In this document: positions 62,946 to 64,000 of the stretch, one piece after another
Layout: the number at the start of each line of letters is the position of its first letter
Position numbering within the stretch: position 1 is the first letter of the stretch
DNA from: Mizuhopecten yessoensis
Lineage: Eukaryota
DNA length: 64,000 nucleotides
Reading direction: 5' to 3'
Assembly (NCBI RefSeq): GCF_002113885.1
Contig: NW_018408079.1
Location: 380,767-444,766, forward strand
The notes under the pieces: model-generated
Told to the model about the DNA's origin: nothing
What the model saw: only the letters and a program-made list of their open reading frames with translations
The model's database searches: none
Translations under genes and position numbers: made by a program

Positions 62946-63684
62946 TACGGATGAAACACTAAACAGGCTAAACTATCATATAGACTCAACACTTTAAATA
63001 AATAATCATACTAATTAACCAATTATATTGGCTTACAGGTCGACTGTCTATAAATCTGTAGCACACTGAATAGTTATACAGATTTAATCATGTAGACTAA
63101 ATACTACAGAGATAATGAATAAACACTCACAATGACTTGTCAATTTTAATGACTTAACAATCAAACCAATCTAAAAAGGCTAACACAGGTATTAAATACC
63201 TTCACACATATTTAAAGATAAACGCACCTACTTGAGCCTTCATACAATCTAGACAGTCTTAAGAGTGACTTAACAGTCATACTAAGTAAATAGATACTAA
63301 TATCTCATTAATGACTTCATATGATGCTGCAACTAAACCCTGGCTTACATTTTATCCAGGAAAAATCTAAATAATTCAAGCAATCAAATGCATTATTATT
63401 GTTCATTTCCATCGATCTAATCTGTGATTGGTTCATTACAGAATAGCTTAACCAGGAAGTAAACAACATTGGTGGACCCTTTGTGGTAGGTATCCTTTAG
63501 ATGAATGGCTAATAAAGGCTTTGGTAGGTCATTGATCCGAATCGTTGGAAATCATGTATTTGTATCTTTAACATAAAATCAGGTAATATTTCACCAACAC
63601 GACACAGCATTGATATCACAGCTTGAGTGAATCTCGATCAAAGAGTGGACCTTTTTGCTGTTTCAACGTTCCAAGTTTCTAAAG

Positions 63685-64000
63685 ATGTCCAGTTTTGATA
63701 ACGGCACCAACGTTACGGAAACCAAATATGTGTTACCTGTTGGCGTTTATATATCGGATACAATTTTCTTTTCATATGGAATACTTTTCCCGGTATTGGC
63801 GGTTTTCGGATACTTTGGAAACATATTGACAGCCATAGTGTTATGGAAAAAAGAAAAGGCGTCAGTAAATGACATTCTTCTCCGTGTCCTGGTACTCTCC
63901 GATATTACATTGGTAACAGGAGGTCTCCTTGGTTTAACTCTTCCTGTGTTGTTATCGACAGTTTTAGTCAATGGTTATCTAGTAAATGCTTTAGAACTTA
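63685..64000 (+). CDS. Class A (rhodopsin-like) GPCR, FMRFamide/peptide-receptor-like; N-terminus to TM2, runs off window end
   Basis: Open frame MSSFDNGTNVTETKYVLPVGVYISDTIFFSYGILFPVLAVFGYFGNILTAIVLWKKEKASVNDILLRVLVLSDITLVTGG... It has two N-glycosylation sequons, a TM1 GN motif and a TM2 LxxSD motif. Confidence 0.85.
   Translation, partial: MSSFDNGTNVTETKYVLPVGVYISDTIFFSYGILFPVLAVFGYFGNILTAIVLWKKEKASVNDILLRVLVLSDITLVTGGLLGLTLPVLLSTVLVNGYLVNALEL

Overview
AT-rich, intron-rich animal genomic DNA with three assembly gaps. The repeat types and gene sequences suggest a bivalve mollusc, possibly a scallop (inference). I assembled seven spliced protein-coding genes by hand from splice sites and reading phase: (1) the 5' part of a sideroflexin-2-like gene (-), head-to-head with (2) a complete ARL3 (+, 6 exons) across a ~150-bp shared promoter, as human SFXN2/ARL3 are; (3) MRPS2 (-, 3 exons); (4) a class-V PLP-dependent C-S lyase of the Egt2/cysteine-desulfhydrase/isopenicillin-N-epimerase type (-, 8 exons, one GC-AG intron); (5) a divergent Lhx3/4-like LIM-homeobox gene with an R50 homeodomain (-, 5 exons); (6) an SLC16/MCT transporter (+, 6 exons); (7) the start of a class-A GPCR that the ORF track missed. 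Non-coding DNA contains Helentron-associated (HINE-like) elements carrying interchangeable ~134-158-bp satellite arrays, an I/Nimb-type LINE 3' end with a TSD, SINEs sharing its 3' stem-loop, a deleted hAT element, MITEs and minisatellites. The strongest leads are the Egt2-like lyase (candidate for the unassigned animal ovothiol C-S lyase step), the specificity-shifted LIM-homeodomain, the conserved SFXN2-ARL3 pair, and the HINE elements co-oriented with their host genes.
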